DNA of 64,000 bases from an uncultured Bdellovibrionales bacterium (GTDB lineage Bacteria > Patescibacteriota > Minisyncoccia > Moranbacterales > UBA11712), in contig CAZFIH010000001.1 in the NCBI GenBank assembly GCA_964519445.1, forward strand, positions 2,144 through 66,143, written 5' to 3'. Position 1 is the first letter of the stretch. The number at the start of each line of letters is the position of its first letter. The notes below the pieces were generated by a model. The model was given only the letters and a program-made list of their open reading frames with translations, was not told the origin of the DNA and ran no database searches. Made by a program: the position numbers and the translations under genes. Below are positions 19,899 to 29,550 of this stretch, in pieces.

Positions 19899-21743
19899 TC
19901 ACTTCCTCAAAACCGCCAAAAAGGCGGAGGTGGGGATTTCGACCTTGCCGAACTGGGTCATGCGTTTTTTTCCTTTTTTTTGCTTTTCAAGAAGCTTTCG
20001 CTTTCGGGTGACATCTCCGCCGTAGAGCTTGGCCGTGACGTCTTTTCGGAAAGCTTTTACTGTTTCCCGGGCGAGAATTTTCCCGCCGACCGTGGCCTGA
20101 ATGGCGACTTGAAAGCTCTGCCTCGGGACCACATCTTTCAGTTTTTCCACAATCCCTTTTCCTTCCGAATAGGCTTTTTCTTTGGGAACGACGCGCGAAA
20201 ATGCGTCCACCTTCTCACCGGCGACCAATATATCGAGTTTCACCAGGTCATTGGGTCGGTATCCAATAAGTTCGTAGCTCATGGAAGCAAATCCGCTTGA
20301 AACGCTTTTTAATTTGTCATGGAGGTCAATGATGATGTCGATGAGCGGCACCTCGAACGCGAGAACCAGCCGCTCGCTGTCGAGATAGTCGGTGTTCTTA
20401 TATTCGCCCCGGACAGTCCGCATAAGCTCCATCAGCTGGCCCAGATATTTCGCGGGAGAAAAAATATCCAGCTTCACGTAGGGCTCTTCGATGGATTCAA
20501 TAACCGAGGGATCAGGCAATTCAAGGGGAGAATAAATATTTCGCGGCCTGTCTTCTTTTGATTTGATCTTCACTTTATACACCACACTGGGCGTTGTAAT
20601 CACCGGTTCAATCTCAAACTCGCGGCGCAAGCGTTCCTGGAAGATTTCCATATGAAGAAGTCCGAGAAAGCCGCAGCGAAATCCCCGGCCAAGAGCCAGG
20701 CTCGATTCCGGCTCAAAGGAAAAAGCGGCGTCGTTGAGTTTCAATTTTCCGAGCGCGTCGCGCATGAAGTTGTAGTCATCCCCTTCTTTTGGATAGAAGC
20801 TGGCGTAGACAACGGGTTTTATTTCCCGATATCCCGGTAATTTTGCTATTTTATTTTTGATATTTAATATGGTTATCGTGTCTCCCACCCGGCAGTCTTC
20901 GACGCTTTTGAAACCGGTGGCGATATATCCGATGTCACCGGCCGTGAGCATTTCTGCCTTTTTGAGTTCCGGAGAAAAAATACCGGTTTCAATGGCCGAA
21001 CTTTCTTTTCCGGTGGCCATCGCGACAATGTCGTCTTCTGCTTTCACTTCTCCGTCGATGATTCGGATATAGGCCAAAACGCCTTTATAGACGTCGTATT
21101 TTGAATCGAAAATAAGAGCCCGAAGCGGCTTTAGGGCATCTCCTTTCGGCGGAGGAATTTTTGCGACAACAGCTCGAAGAATTTGCTCAACGCCCTCCCC
21201 CGTTTTTCCGCTGGCAAGGATTATTTCATCTTCGGAACATTCCAGCAGGTGAATTATTTCTTTTTTGACTCTTTCTATTTCAGCGTTGGGAAGGTCAATT
21301 TTGTTGACGACCGGAATGATTTCCAGATTCTGCTCAACGGCTTGGTACAAATTGGCGACTGTCTGGGCTTGAACGCCCTTGGTCGCGTCCACGAGCAAAA
21401 TCGCCCCCTCTACCGCCGCCAGCGAGCGGGAAACTTCATACGAAAAATCGACATGACCGGGAGTATCTATAAGATTCAAAATATAGTAATCCGGTCGCGA
21501 AGCGACACCAAAATTTTGAATTTTGAATTTTGAATTTTGCATTTCAAGCTTCATCCTTACCGGTTGCAGTTTGATAGTTATTCCCCTTTCCCGCTCTAGA
21601 TCCATTGTGTCAAGAAGCTGGTCTTTCATTTTCCGCTCTTCGACGGTCTTGGTTATTTCCAATATCCGATCGGCAAGCGTGGACTTACCATGATCAATAT
21701 GGGCTATAATACAAAAATTTCGGATGTTTTGTTGATTATTCAT
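19899..21743 (-). CDS. lepA: translation elongation factor 4 (LepA)
   Basis: G-domain motifs AHIDHGKST, DTPGH and NKID. LepA-specific C-terminal domain. Confidence 0.95.
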   Translation of the reverse strand: MNNQQNIRNFCIIAHIDHGKSTLADRILEITKTVEERKMKDQLLDTMDLERERGITIKLQPVRMKLEMQNSKFKIQNFGVASRPDYYILNLIDTPGHVDFSYEVSRSLAAVEGAILLVDATKGVQAQTVANLYQAVEQNLEIIPVVNKIDLPNAEIERVKKEIIHLLECSEDEIILASGKTGEGVEQILRAVVAKIPPPKGDALKPLRALIFDSKYDVYKGVLAYIRIIDGEVKAEDDIVAMATGKESSAIETGIFSPELKKAEMLTAGDIGYIATGFKSVEDCRVGDTITILNIKNKIAKLPGYREIKPVVYASFYPKEGDDYNFMRDALGKLKLNDAAFSFEPESSLALGRGFRCGFLGLLHMEIFQERLRREFEIEPVITTPSVVYKVKIKSKEDRPRNIYSPLELPDPSVIESIEEPYVKLDIFSPAKYLGQLMELMRTVRGEYKNTDYLDSERLVLAFEVPLIDIIIDLHDKLKSVSSGFASMSYELIGYRPNDLVKLDILVAGEKVDAFSRVVPKEKAYSEGKGIVEKLKDVVPRQSFQVAIQATVGGKILARETVKAFRKDVTAKLYGGDVTRKRKLLEKQKKGKKRMTQFGKVEIPTSAFLAVLRK

Positions 21744-21774
21744 ATTCTTAAATCTAGCTCATTTCCCTATTTTT

Positions 21775-21802
21775 GCAAATAAAAAATAGTCGCGTAAGCG
21801 AC
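21775..21802 (-). terminator. intrinsic terminator after murJ (GTCGC GTAA GCGAC hairpin plus U-tract)
   Basis: The minus strand reads GTCGCTTACGCGAC then TATTTTTTATTTG. A second GC hairpin CCTGCCCGTAGGCAGG lies just upstream. Confidence 0.5.
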
Positions 21803-21865
21803 ACCAAATATTTTGCATTCCTGCCCGTAGGCAGGCAGGTTGATTTTTGATATTTGATTTTTTTT

Positions 21866-23500
21866 CTATATCCCGCTCGCTTGCGTCGGGTCTTCGGGAA
21901 TGGTCGGGCGGGCTCGCAGGAATTTTCCGGAAAGGAGTTTCTTAACTATTTCAAATTCCTCCATCTTGAGAAGCCAGGTGACGAAGAGATATACGCCTAT
22001 GCCCAAGGATCCGCTGATCGCAAGTTGAGCAAAAACGGCCAGAAATGTATCCAAAGTGATGAAGGGGTCGATGGCATATTTAGCGGCTTGAGCAATCGAT
22101 CCGGCGATAATGGTTGCAAGGGATATCCGGAAAAGGGAAGAAATAATTCTTTTGTCCGCGAAAACGTTCATTTTCTTGTTGAGGATGAAAAAAAGGAGCC
22201 CCATATTGACGATGCTGGCGATGGTAAAGGCCCAAACAAGCCCCAGAACGCCGTAGAATTGAGCGAGATATATGGCCAAAACCACGTTCACAATTTCGCC
22301 GACCAGTCCGGTAAAAAACGGTATTCTCGTATTTTGAATGGCATAGAACGACCTGGCAAGAAGCGGGATCAAGCCTTGAGCGAAAAGACTGAAAGCGAAA
22401 ATCCCGAGTGCTTGGAAAGTGAGAATCGTGTCTTCCCAGTCGAATTTTCCGGCTCCGAGAACCACTCTCACAATTTGGGCCCGCAGGATAATAAGAAGGA
22501 TACTGGCCGGGAGAATGAAGTAGAGAGTCTGCCGAAGAGTCTTCGAAAAATTTTCAATGAAAATATTTTTTTCTTCTTTCACCGCGTGGTGGGCCAGGGT
22601 CGGAAAGACAGCCAAAGCAAACGGGATGGCAAATATGCCGACGGGAAAGTTTTGAAGATTGTTGGCAAAATTGAAAACAGCCAGACTGCCGGCAGTCAGA
22701 GTGGAAGCGATGATAGTGATAACCAGAAGATTGATTTGGGCCATGGCAAGTCCCATCGTCCGGGGGATCATCAACCGCACCACTTTTCGAAAATAGGGGT
22801 CTTTGAAATCCAGAGACGGTCGAAAGCTGAAGCCGGTGACTTTGACTACCGGATACTGAATGAACATATGAAGGAAGGCCCCCAGGATGACTCCCCAGGC
22901 CAGGCCGGCGATGCCCGTGAATTGAACGAAGAACACGGCACCGATGATGATTCCCAGATTATACAAAATTGGAGCGAGAGAATAGACCAGGAATCTCTTG
23001 AAGGAATTAAGGATTCCGCCAAACACCCCGCTCACTCCGAGAAGTATGGGGCTCAAGAACATTATTCTCGTGAGATGAATCACCTGATCCAGTTTTTCGC
23101 CGGAAAAGCCGGGAGTGACAAGCTTCATGAGCTGGGGCGTGAAGATGGCGAAGACGATGCTAATCACTGCCAAAACAAGAAGGACGGTGCTCAAAAGGCA
23201 GTTGGCTAGTTTCCAGGCTTCACTTTCGTCATCTTTCGCCAGAAGTCCCGTGAAAACCGGAATGAAAGCGGCGCTCAAAGCTCCCAGGACGAGAAGATTA
23301 TAGATAAGATCCGGTACGCGAAAAGCGGCATAGTACACATCCAGAGCATCCCCGGCTCCGAACTGGGCCGCCAGGATCCTGTCGCGGACAAGTCCCAGGA
23401 GCCGGCTCAAAACCCCCGCCGCGCCAATTATCAGCGCGGCGGAGTTGATTGAATTGGAGGGGGTGGAATTTAGTATTCTATGGGTAAGGGTTTTGATCAT
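21866..23500 (-). CDS. murJ: lipid II flippase MurJ (MviN)
   Basis: 544 aa with about 14 TM. The N-terminus LLGLVRDRILAAQFGAGDALDVYYAAFRVPD is typical of MurJ. Confidence 0.85.
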   Translation of the reverse strand: MIKTLTHRILNSTPSNSINSAALIIGAAGVLSRLLGLVRDRILAAQFGAGDALDVYYAAFRVPDLIYNLLVLGALSAAFIPVFTGLLAKDDESEAWKLANCLLSTVLLVLAVISIVFAIFTPQLMKLVTPGFSGEKLDQVIHLTRIMFLSPILLGVSGVFGGILNSFKRFLVYSLAPILYNLGIIIGAVFFVQFTGIAGLAWGVILGAFLHMFIQYPVVKVTGFSFRPSLDFKDPYFRKVVRLMIPRTMGLAMAQINLLVITIIASTLTAGSLAVFNFANNLQNFPVGIFAIPFALAVFPTLAHHAVKEEKNIFIENFSKTLRQTLYFILPASILLIILRAQIVRVVLGAGKFDWEDTILTFQALGIFAFSLFAQGLIPLLARSFYAIQNTRIPFFTGLVGEIVNVVLAIYLAQFYGVLGLVWAFTIASIVNMGLLFFILNKKMNVFADKRIISSLFRISLATIIAGSIAQAAKYAIDPFITLDTFLAVFAQLAISGSLGIGVYLFVTWLLKMEEFEIVKKLLSGKFLRARPTIPEDPTQASGI

Positions 23501-23632
23501 GGTTAGCTAAGCCGCAGGGAAACATATTTAGGCAGTAGGTAGAGCTATAAGTGGTAAGCTGTAAGTTATTGCTTAAAACACCCATGACCTAAGCCTACAT
23601 CCTAACCTGCTGCTTCTTCCCTATTTCCCCTG

Positions 23633-26218
23633 CTACTTACGTTCTATCGCCATTCCAACATATTTATCCGCGTTCAAAATTGTTTCCACTTGAAAAGTGT
23701 TCCCGTTCCGATTGACGCTTTCCGGCCAGTGCCAGACGGTTTTCATGCTGTCCGGCAGAGTTATTTTTGAGTCCAAGCGGCTTCCCTGGCTTCCCGACTG
23801 TTTTTGATACAGCACCGAAAAAGAATCGGCCGGATGGTGAAGATTGTCAAATTTGACTTGGAACGGCAGACGGTACTTGTAGCGCATCGTGACGCTTTCG
23901 CCCGGACTCACATAAACCCAGTTGGCAAAGACCGTCTTGCGGTTTTCGGTGTAAATTTTTGTTCCCGTTTCTTCATCTGTCCGCAAAGAATCCCGATTGG
24001 CCTCGACTTGAGGATCGGCCTTAAAGTTGAGCGAATTGTAGTCAAGGGGCGGTGAAACGAACTCGCGGGTTTGACCCTCGGCTTCAAGAAGGGCGGAGCC
24101 TTCCGGAACATAAACGCGCATCCAATCCCCGTTCACCTTGTTCCACCAGTCGTATTTTTCATTTCCTCCCTTGTGAACTCTCGTTATTTCAACCGTGTCA
24201 ACAATGCTTCCGTCGCTTTGAATTTCAATTTGATGTCTAATATTCTCGTCTATGACGCCGTCCGTTTTGTACCCGTTGATGTTTGTGTTTATGACGCTCA
24301 AATAATCTTTTGGGGTATTGAGAATTTCTCCCGACCAGCCTTCTTTGGAAATAAGATTTTGGATGTTGTAGTTTTTTGAGTAAAGAAGCAGATGCTTCTC
24401 CCGGAGAGCTTCATTGAGAGCCGAAAGAGTTTTCACGATTTTGGCAACGTCTTTGGCGTTCAAAACCTCATCCAGTACTTTGGGGGTCAAATCGGCAATG
24501 AATTTTTTGGGGCGGTTTTCCTCTTTGTCGTAGTCGACCTCGACTTCATATTGAGTTTTTTCAATGAAATTGCGGGCGTCCACCGTCGTGCCGTATTCGG
24601 GCATTTCAATGGGTCCGGTTATCTCCAGCAGATTCTGAATCAAGTTCGGAGTAATCGCAACAACTCCGTCCACGGTAGGCCCTCCCGTTTTTTCATAGAA
24701 AAGCGACACTTTTTCAGCTGATGTCGGGAAATCCGGAAACCAGTTGGCGTCGTGCATCGTCCAAACAGCGCTCATTTTCTGAATTGGCTCGGGCGGAATG
24801 ACGCGGGCCTGGAGTTGGCCGTCCGGGTTATATATGTTGTCAACAAAGAGATTTTTTATCCTTCCGTCTCTTATGTCGAGAATTCCGTAGCTTCCGATAA
24901 AGCCGCCAGTGGCTCTCATTTCCTGATTATTTTGAAAAAGGAAGAGAAATTTTCGCTGGCCGTGGTAGCCGAGGACGTCGAGAAAAATTTCAGAATAATC
25001 AAGAAAATTTTCGAGATTGCTTGTTATGACAGGCAATTTTTCCTTGAGGGTCAAAAATTGAGGCTTCATTTCGTCCGGCAGATCGTCGATATTGACTTTG
25101 TTGATGTTTTCTTCCGCTTCCTTCATATCGTTATTGGCTTTTTCGATCCCCTTTTGGAGGTTCAAAAATATTTCCGTGAGCGACGGTCTTTCGGTGCTGT
25201 CGCCCGAGAGCGGGTTTTGAAATGATCCAAGGACCGATGTGGATTCAGAAATGTTTTTTCCGGCAAGAGCCAGATTTTCTCCGGCCGCGAGCACATAGTT
25301 GGCGCTGGCTACTTTTGAAATTCCCGGAATGAATCGGAGCACCTCGCTGAATTTTCCGCCCATTGACGATATGTCTTCCTTGGCTTCGGAAAGAATTTGG
25401 TATGATTCTTCGAAGTTGGCGGCGGCCCCGCCAAATTGTCCGGAAGAAAGGTTGTTTTGCGCCTGGACGAATCCGCTCAAGGCCGCTTGCCCGCTTTCAG
25501 TTATCCGGGCTTCCATGTCAAAGCCTTTTTGAAGATAAGCCATTCCCGGAAGCGCGAGGGAAAAGACGGCAAGGACCGATGCGAATGTGCCGATATATTT
25601 GAGCCTAAGAGGGAATGGTATTGTGTCAGTTTCTCTTTTTCTCCTGATTTTTTGGTTTGGCTTTTTATCTTCAAGCAAACTCAAAATATTATCGGCGGAC
25701 TGGTCGATTTCGCTTTCTTTTGACGGGGAAAATGAAGGGGAATCTTCGGGTCGGAAAAAGCCATCGATCTCTGTCTTTTTTTTGATAATTTTTTCTTCCA
25801 AGAATTGCCGATCGGTTTTTTGAAAGTATTCTTTTTTTGGCTTTGTTTCTGGTTCAAAATGATCCTCGGGAGCGGCCGGCGGTTCCGGAACCTTGGAAAT
25901 GGAAATGCAGTCATAAGGAACGACTTTTCCCATCTGAATGGCGTTGGCACGTCGTCTTCGTTGCTTTTCTATAGTTTTTTTCCGGGAAGACAAATAGCTT
26001 TTCTTCGGAAGAGGCGCGATTTCTCCATATGGAGTATAACTTTTTTTCAAGTCGGATATGCGCTTCTGTTTGTTTCTTGCCAAATTATCTTTTCTCTCGC
26101 GGCCAATGACGGCAGTTCTTTTCAATCCTTTGATTCTGTTCATATCCAAAGACCCGTCTGCCTTCACGGGACGCACATCGAACATTTCGGAAAAAATATT
26201 TTTTCGTCTTGATGGCAT
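23633..26218 (-). CDS. DUF4012 domain-containing membrane protein
   Basis: Hallmark RATGGFIGSYG motif. Single TM, large ectodomain, next to the glycosyltransferase cluster. Confidence 0.7.
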   Translation of the reverse strand: MPSRRKNIFSEMFDVRPVKADGSLDMNRIKGLKRTAVIGRERKDNLARNKQKRISDLKKSYTPYGEIAPLPKKSYLSSRKKTIEKQRRRRANAIQMGKVVPYDCISISKVPEPPAAPEDHFEPETKPKKEYFQKTDRQFLEEKIIKKKTEIDGFFRPEDSPSFSPSKESEIDQSADNILSLLEDKKPNQKIRRKRETDTIPFPLRLKYIGTFASVLAVFSLALPGMAYLQKGFDMEARITESGQAALSGFVQAQNNLSSGQFGGAAANFEESYQILSEAKEDISSMGGKFSEVLRFIPGISKVASANYVLAAGENLALAGKNISESTSVLGSFQNPLSGDSTERPSLTEIFLNLQKGIEKANNDMKEAEENINKVNIDDLPDEMKPQFLTLKEKLPVITSNLENFLDYSEIFLDVLGYHGQRKFLFLFQNNQEMRATGGFIGSYGILDIRDGRIKNLFVDNIYNPDGQLQARVIPPEPIQKMSAVWTMHDANWFPDFPTSAEKVSLFYEKTGGPTVDGVVAITPNLIQNLLEITGPIEMPEYGTTVDARNFIEKTQYEVEVDYDKEENRPKKFIADLTPKVLDEVLNAKDVAKIVKTLSALNEALREKHLLLYSKNYNIQNLISKEGWSGEILNTPKDYLSVINTNINGYKTDGVIDENIRHQIEIQSDGSIVDTVEITRVHKGGNEKYDWWNKVNGDWMRVYVPEGSALLEAEGQTREFVSPPLDYNSLNFKADPQVEANRDSLRTDEETGTKIYTENRKTVFANWVYVSPGESVTMRYKYRLPFQVKFDNLHHPADSFSVLYQKQSGSQGSRLDSKITLPDSMKTVWHWPESVNRNGNTFQVETILNADKYVGMAIERK

Positions 26219-26246
26219 ACTGTTCCTTGCGAATTTTAGAATTTTC

Positions 26247-26362
26247 TTTACGAAATACGAATTTTGCGAAATACGAAAAAGTTAAAATAGCAGAACATTT
26301 TTTCACTAATCAACCAATCAATATTTGAACATCTGTTTCGTATTTCGTTGTTCGTAAATACG
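26247..26362. repeat. TACGAA-arm palindromic element upstream of the DUF4012 gene
   Basis: Arms TTACGAAATACGAATTTTGCGAAATACGAAA / TTTCGTATTTCGTTGTTCGTAAA. The loop contains AATATTTGAACA. Confidence 0.65.
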
Positions 26363-27484
26363 CTATGCGCAGTTTTTATAAATATCCAGCGTCTCCCTCG
26401 CCATTTTTTCCCAACTGTATTTTTTTACCTGCTTGTGACCTCCTGAAATGAGTTTTTGCCGGACCTCTCCGTTGGTTGCGACTTTTTCAATGGTCTCTGC
26501 CATTTCCGTAAGCGCTTGGGGGTCGAAATAGCAGGCGGCGTCGCCGAGAATTTCCGGAAGACAAGAAGCATTCGAACTGGCGACGGGAAGATTCCAGCTC
26601 ATGGCTTCAAGCGGAGGAAGGCCGAAGCCTTCGTAGAGCGACGGAAAAATATAGAGCAGGGCTTCCTTATAGAGGGTCCCCAGCTCGCCGTCCGGAACAA
26701 AATCAGTGAAAATAACTTGCCTTATTCGATTGTCTTTCACGAATTTTTTCAGTCGCCTGTAGAAATAGTCTTCTTTCCCCACCAGAACCAGATGAAGGTG
26801 AGGATGCTTCCGCACGAATTCCCTAAACACCAAAACAAGCCTCTCCAGGTTTTTATGAGGATAGGCGTTTCCCACGTACAAAATGTACGGCTTTATTATA
26901 CCATATTTTTTGTGAATCTGTTGAGGGCTGGCTCGTAGAGGCTCAAGAGTCCTGTCGACCGCTTCCAGAGTAACGGCTATTTTCCTCGAAGAAACGCGAA
27001 AGTGCTTCAAAATATCTTTTTTTGTGAATCGGGAAACAGCGATGATTTTTTCTGATTTTTTGACGGCGTTTCGTATGACGATCCGGTGGGCTATTTTTTT
27101 GAGAAAATAATAGAATGGCGACAAAGTCGTGGCGCGCTGAGTGGGAAAATGAAACAGGATCAGATCGTGAATAGTGACAACGAATTTTCCTTTCCAGAAA
27201 ACGGGAACGTTGAAATGCGGAAAATGGACCAGGTCGAGATTGTATTTTTTGAGTATTCGCGGAAAAAACACCTGTTCGCGGACTCCATACCAGGGAATAT
27301 TGGCCAACACCTTCGAGAAATTCTTGTTGGCCGGCTGATATTCATCCCAGTTTTCTTTTCGGAGAAAAATGAAAAATTTGTCTTCTGAAGACACTTTTTC
27401 CAGGTTCTCTATCAGTTTTTGGGTATAGCGGCCAAGTCCTTTTCCGAGAGATCCGTAAAAACGGGCGTCGATTCCAATTCTCAT
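26363..27484 (-). CDS. glycosyltransferase family 4 (GT-B, Glycos_transf_1)
   Basis: EGFGLPPLEAM...PV motif. Paralog of 27581..28714. Confidence 0.8.
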   Translation of the reverse strand: MRIGIDARFYGSLGKGLGRYTQKLIENLEKVSSEDKFFIFLRKENWDEYQPANKNFSKVLANIPWYGVREQVFFPRILKKYNLDLVHFPHFNVPVFWKGKFVVTIHDLILFHFPTQRATTLSPFYYFLKKIAHRIVIRNAVKKSEKIIAVSRFTKKDILKHFRVSSRKIAVTLEAVDRTLEPLRASPQQIHKKYGIIKPYILYVGNAYPHKNLERLVLVFREFVRKHPHLHLVLVGKEDYFYRRLKKFVKDNRIRQVIFTDFVPDGELGTLYKEALLYIFPSLYEGFGLPPLEAMSWNLPVASSNASCLPEILGDAACYFDPQALTEMAETIEKVATNGEVRQKLISGGHKQVKKYSWEKMARETLDIYKNCA

Positions 27485-27580
27485 ATTGACTCGCGCCTGC
27501 CTGCCGGCAGGCAGGAATTGTGAGTGGATTAAAACGAATGGGAGCGAATGATTCGTTCCAATTCGTACGCAATTCGTTCT
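27485..27580. repeat. duplicated upstream element R1 (GCCTGCCGGCAGGC palindrome plus TTCGT repeats) before GT4 gene 26363..27484
   Basis: About 80% identical to 28715-28812. Confidence 0.6.
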
Positions 27581-28714
27581 TCAATTTGTGAGTATTTTTA
27601 ATGTTTCATTGGCGCATTTCCTCCAGCTGAATTTTCGGGCTTGTTCCAGTCCTCTTTGACGGAGCGTTGTTTGGAGCTTTTCGTCTCCGAGTATAGACTT
27701 CATAGCTTCGCGTAACTGCTCGGGACGATTTGGGTCAATTGCTATGGCCGATTTTCCGGCAACTTGCGGAATCGAGGAATTATGAGAGGTGATTACCGGC
27801 GTTCCGCAGGCCATCGCCTCGAGGACCGGCAGGCCAAATCCCTCAAAATGGGAGGGATAGACAAAAAGGGAGGCCAAATTGTATAAGAAAGGCTTGTCGT
27901 CTTTGGCGACGTACCCAATGGAAAAAATGCCGTTTTTTTCCCGATTGAAAATATCCGTATATTGCCTGCTGATGTTTCCGGCAAAAACCAGTTTGCACCT
28001 TCCGAACTGCGCGTTGACTTTTTGAAAATCCTTGAAAGCCTCGATGATTGAAACTATATTTTTTCGCGGCTCGATATTGCCAAGATACAATATGTATTTG
28101 TATGGGAGTCCGTATTTCTTCTGGATCTCGAGGAGTTTTGGATCATTTCGATCAATAATTCTATATTCTTCTCCGACACCGTGCCGAACAACCCGCACTT
28201 TTTCCGGCGAAATGCCGTATATATTTTCCAAATCAGTTTTTGTTGATTTGGAAACCGCGATAACGGAATCAGAATTTCGGGCGATTTTTCGGGGATTCAC
28301 AAACCATGAATGCCAGAGCATGGTTTTGTGCCGGAAGAATTCCGGAAAATACTCAAAAGAAAGATCGTGAAAAGTGGTGACGAATTTGCAATTCCGGCTG
28401 ACGGTTAAAAAATTTATATTGGGTGCGAAAAAAACGTCGACTCCGCCGATCAGCTTGTCCAGTTTCGGCCAATTCAGGTACCAAAGAAAAAGATTCAGCA
28501 GCTTGTTGGGAAATCGAAATCTGGCCAGCTTGACATTGGAATATTCATCGATAAAAGAAAAATTCTCGTTTTGATTTCGAAAGGCATTGGAGAAAATAAT
28601 ATAGTCGTTTTTTCTGTCCGCTTCCAGCAAACAACGAATGATCTCCAGCGTGTACTCGCCTACTCCGGAAATATTTTCTTCCTCCAGGCTTCTCAAGTCG
28701 ATGCCAATCCTCAT
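27581..28714 (-). CDS. glycosyltransferase family 4
   Basis: EGFGLPVLEAMACGTPVITS motif. Confidence 0.8.
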   Translation of the reverse strand: MRIGIDLRSLEEENISGVGEYTLEIIRCLLEADRKNDYIIFSNAFRNQNENFSFIDEYSNVKLARFRFPNKLLNLFLWYLNWPKLDKLIGGVDVFFAPNINFLTVSRNCKFVTTFHDLSFEYFPEFFRHKTMLWHSWFVNPRKIARNSDSVIAVSKSTKTDLENIYGISPEKVRVVRHGVGEEYRIIDRNDPKLLEIQKKYGLPYKYILYLGNIEPRKNIVSIIEAFKDFQKVNAQFGRCKLVFAGNISRQYTDIFNREKNGIFSIGYVAKDDKPFLYNLASLFVYPSHFEGFGLPVLEAMACGTPVITSHNSSIPQVAGKSAIAIDPNRPEQLREAMKSILGDEKLQTTLRQRGLEQARKFSWRKCANETLKILTN

Positions 28715-28812
28715 AAAAACTCGCGCCTGCCGGCAGGCAGGCAGGAATTAGGAGTGAATTAGAAACGTGTGAAAACGAACTTTTCGTTCCGATTCGCGTG
28801 GAATTCGTTCTC
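28715..28812. repeat. duplicated upstream element R2 before GT4 gene 27581..28714
   Basis: The CCTGCCGGCAGG palindrome ends about 10 nt before the ATG, with AATTCGTTC repeats beyond it. Confidence 0.6.
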
Positions 28813-29424
28813 TCATTCGTGAGTTATATAATGCTTCCCGAAAGCCGCAAGTGTTCCGAGAAACAGCCCCGCCAAGATAGCTGCCAAAAGATTGATTCTC
28901 AAATCCTGTCTGTTTCTGGCTGCGACAAAATCAGAAGATTCGACCACAAACCAGTTGGGATCCTGGGATGCGGCGTTCAGCGCGTTTGTTTTTTCGCTTA
29001 TGACGTCCTCGATGGAATCGGCCAATTTTTTGGCCTCTTCTTCATTTTGGGTTGAATAATTCACCCGAATGACATTGGATGCAATTTTTTCCGGACGAAA
29101 ACTTTTGGAAAGCTGTCGAACAGTTTTTCCTCCCGGATCAAGCTCCGCTTTTTCCAGAATCGATCTTGAAACGCCGGCTGATTTGAGCCAGACTTCAATG
29201 GCTTCAGCGAATTTTTCATCGGCCTGCAGGCGATAGAACTGGTCATAGCGGTAGTCAGAAGAGGACTGGAAATTGTTCCGGCTGATTTCAAGCAGTTGGG
29301 AGGCGGAATAGCTCTCCGACATTCGAACTGACCAGGCGTAAGCGGCAACGATGGAAATCAAAACGACGTAAATTACGACGGAAATGTGATGCCTCCATAT
29401 TTTGTAATATTCTCGGAGTTCCAT
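28813..29424 (-). CDS. two-TM polysaccharide co-polymerase-like protein (Wzz-like, tentative)
   Basis: N- and C-terminal TM helices bracket a periplasmic-type domain. Sits inside the glycosyltransferase locus. Confidence 0.35.
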   Translation of the reverse strand: MELREYYKIWRHHISVVIYVVLISIVAAYAWSVRMSESYSASQLLEISRNNFQSSSDYRYDQFYRLQADEKFAEAIEVWLKSAGVSRSILEKAELDPGGKTVRQLSKSFRPEKIASNVIRVNYSTQNEEEAKKLADSIEDVISEKTNALNAASQDPNWFVVESSDFVAARNRQDLRINLLAAILAGLFLGTLAAFGKHYITHE

Positions 29425-29497
29425 AAGTTAAATTTCCAAATTACAAGCGCCAACCACAACAAAATAAGATTCAATTATCAATTTTCAAATGACAGAA

Positions 29498-29550
29498 TTT
29501 TTGGATTTGAACATTGGAATTTGGTGCTTATTTGGAATTTGAGATTCGGT
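29498..29550. repeat. AT-rich TTTGGAATTTG-type repeat (also present inside rnpB at 35171-35211)
   Basis: TTTGGATTTGAACATTGGAATTTGGTGCTTATTTGGAATTTGAG compared with GGTATTTGGAAATTATTAGGTATTTGGATTTTGAAATTTGGAATTTCC. Confidence 0.45.

Noticed and set aside
21512-21539. Mini-satellite (AATTTTG)x4 as a non-coding repeat
   Set aside because: It lies inside the lepA coding sequence and translates in frame (KFKIQNF). It is reported instead as part of the lepA insertion finding.
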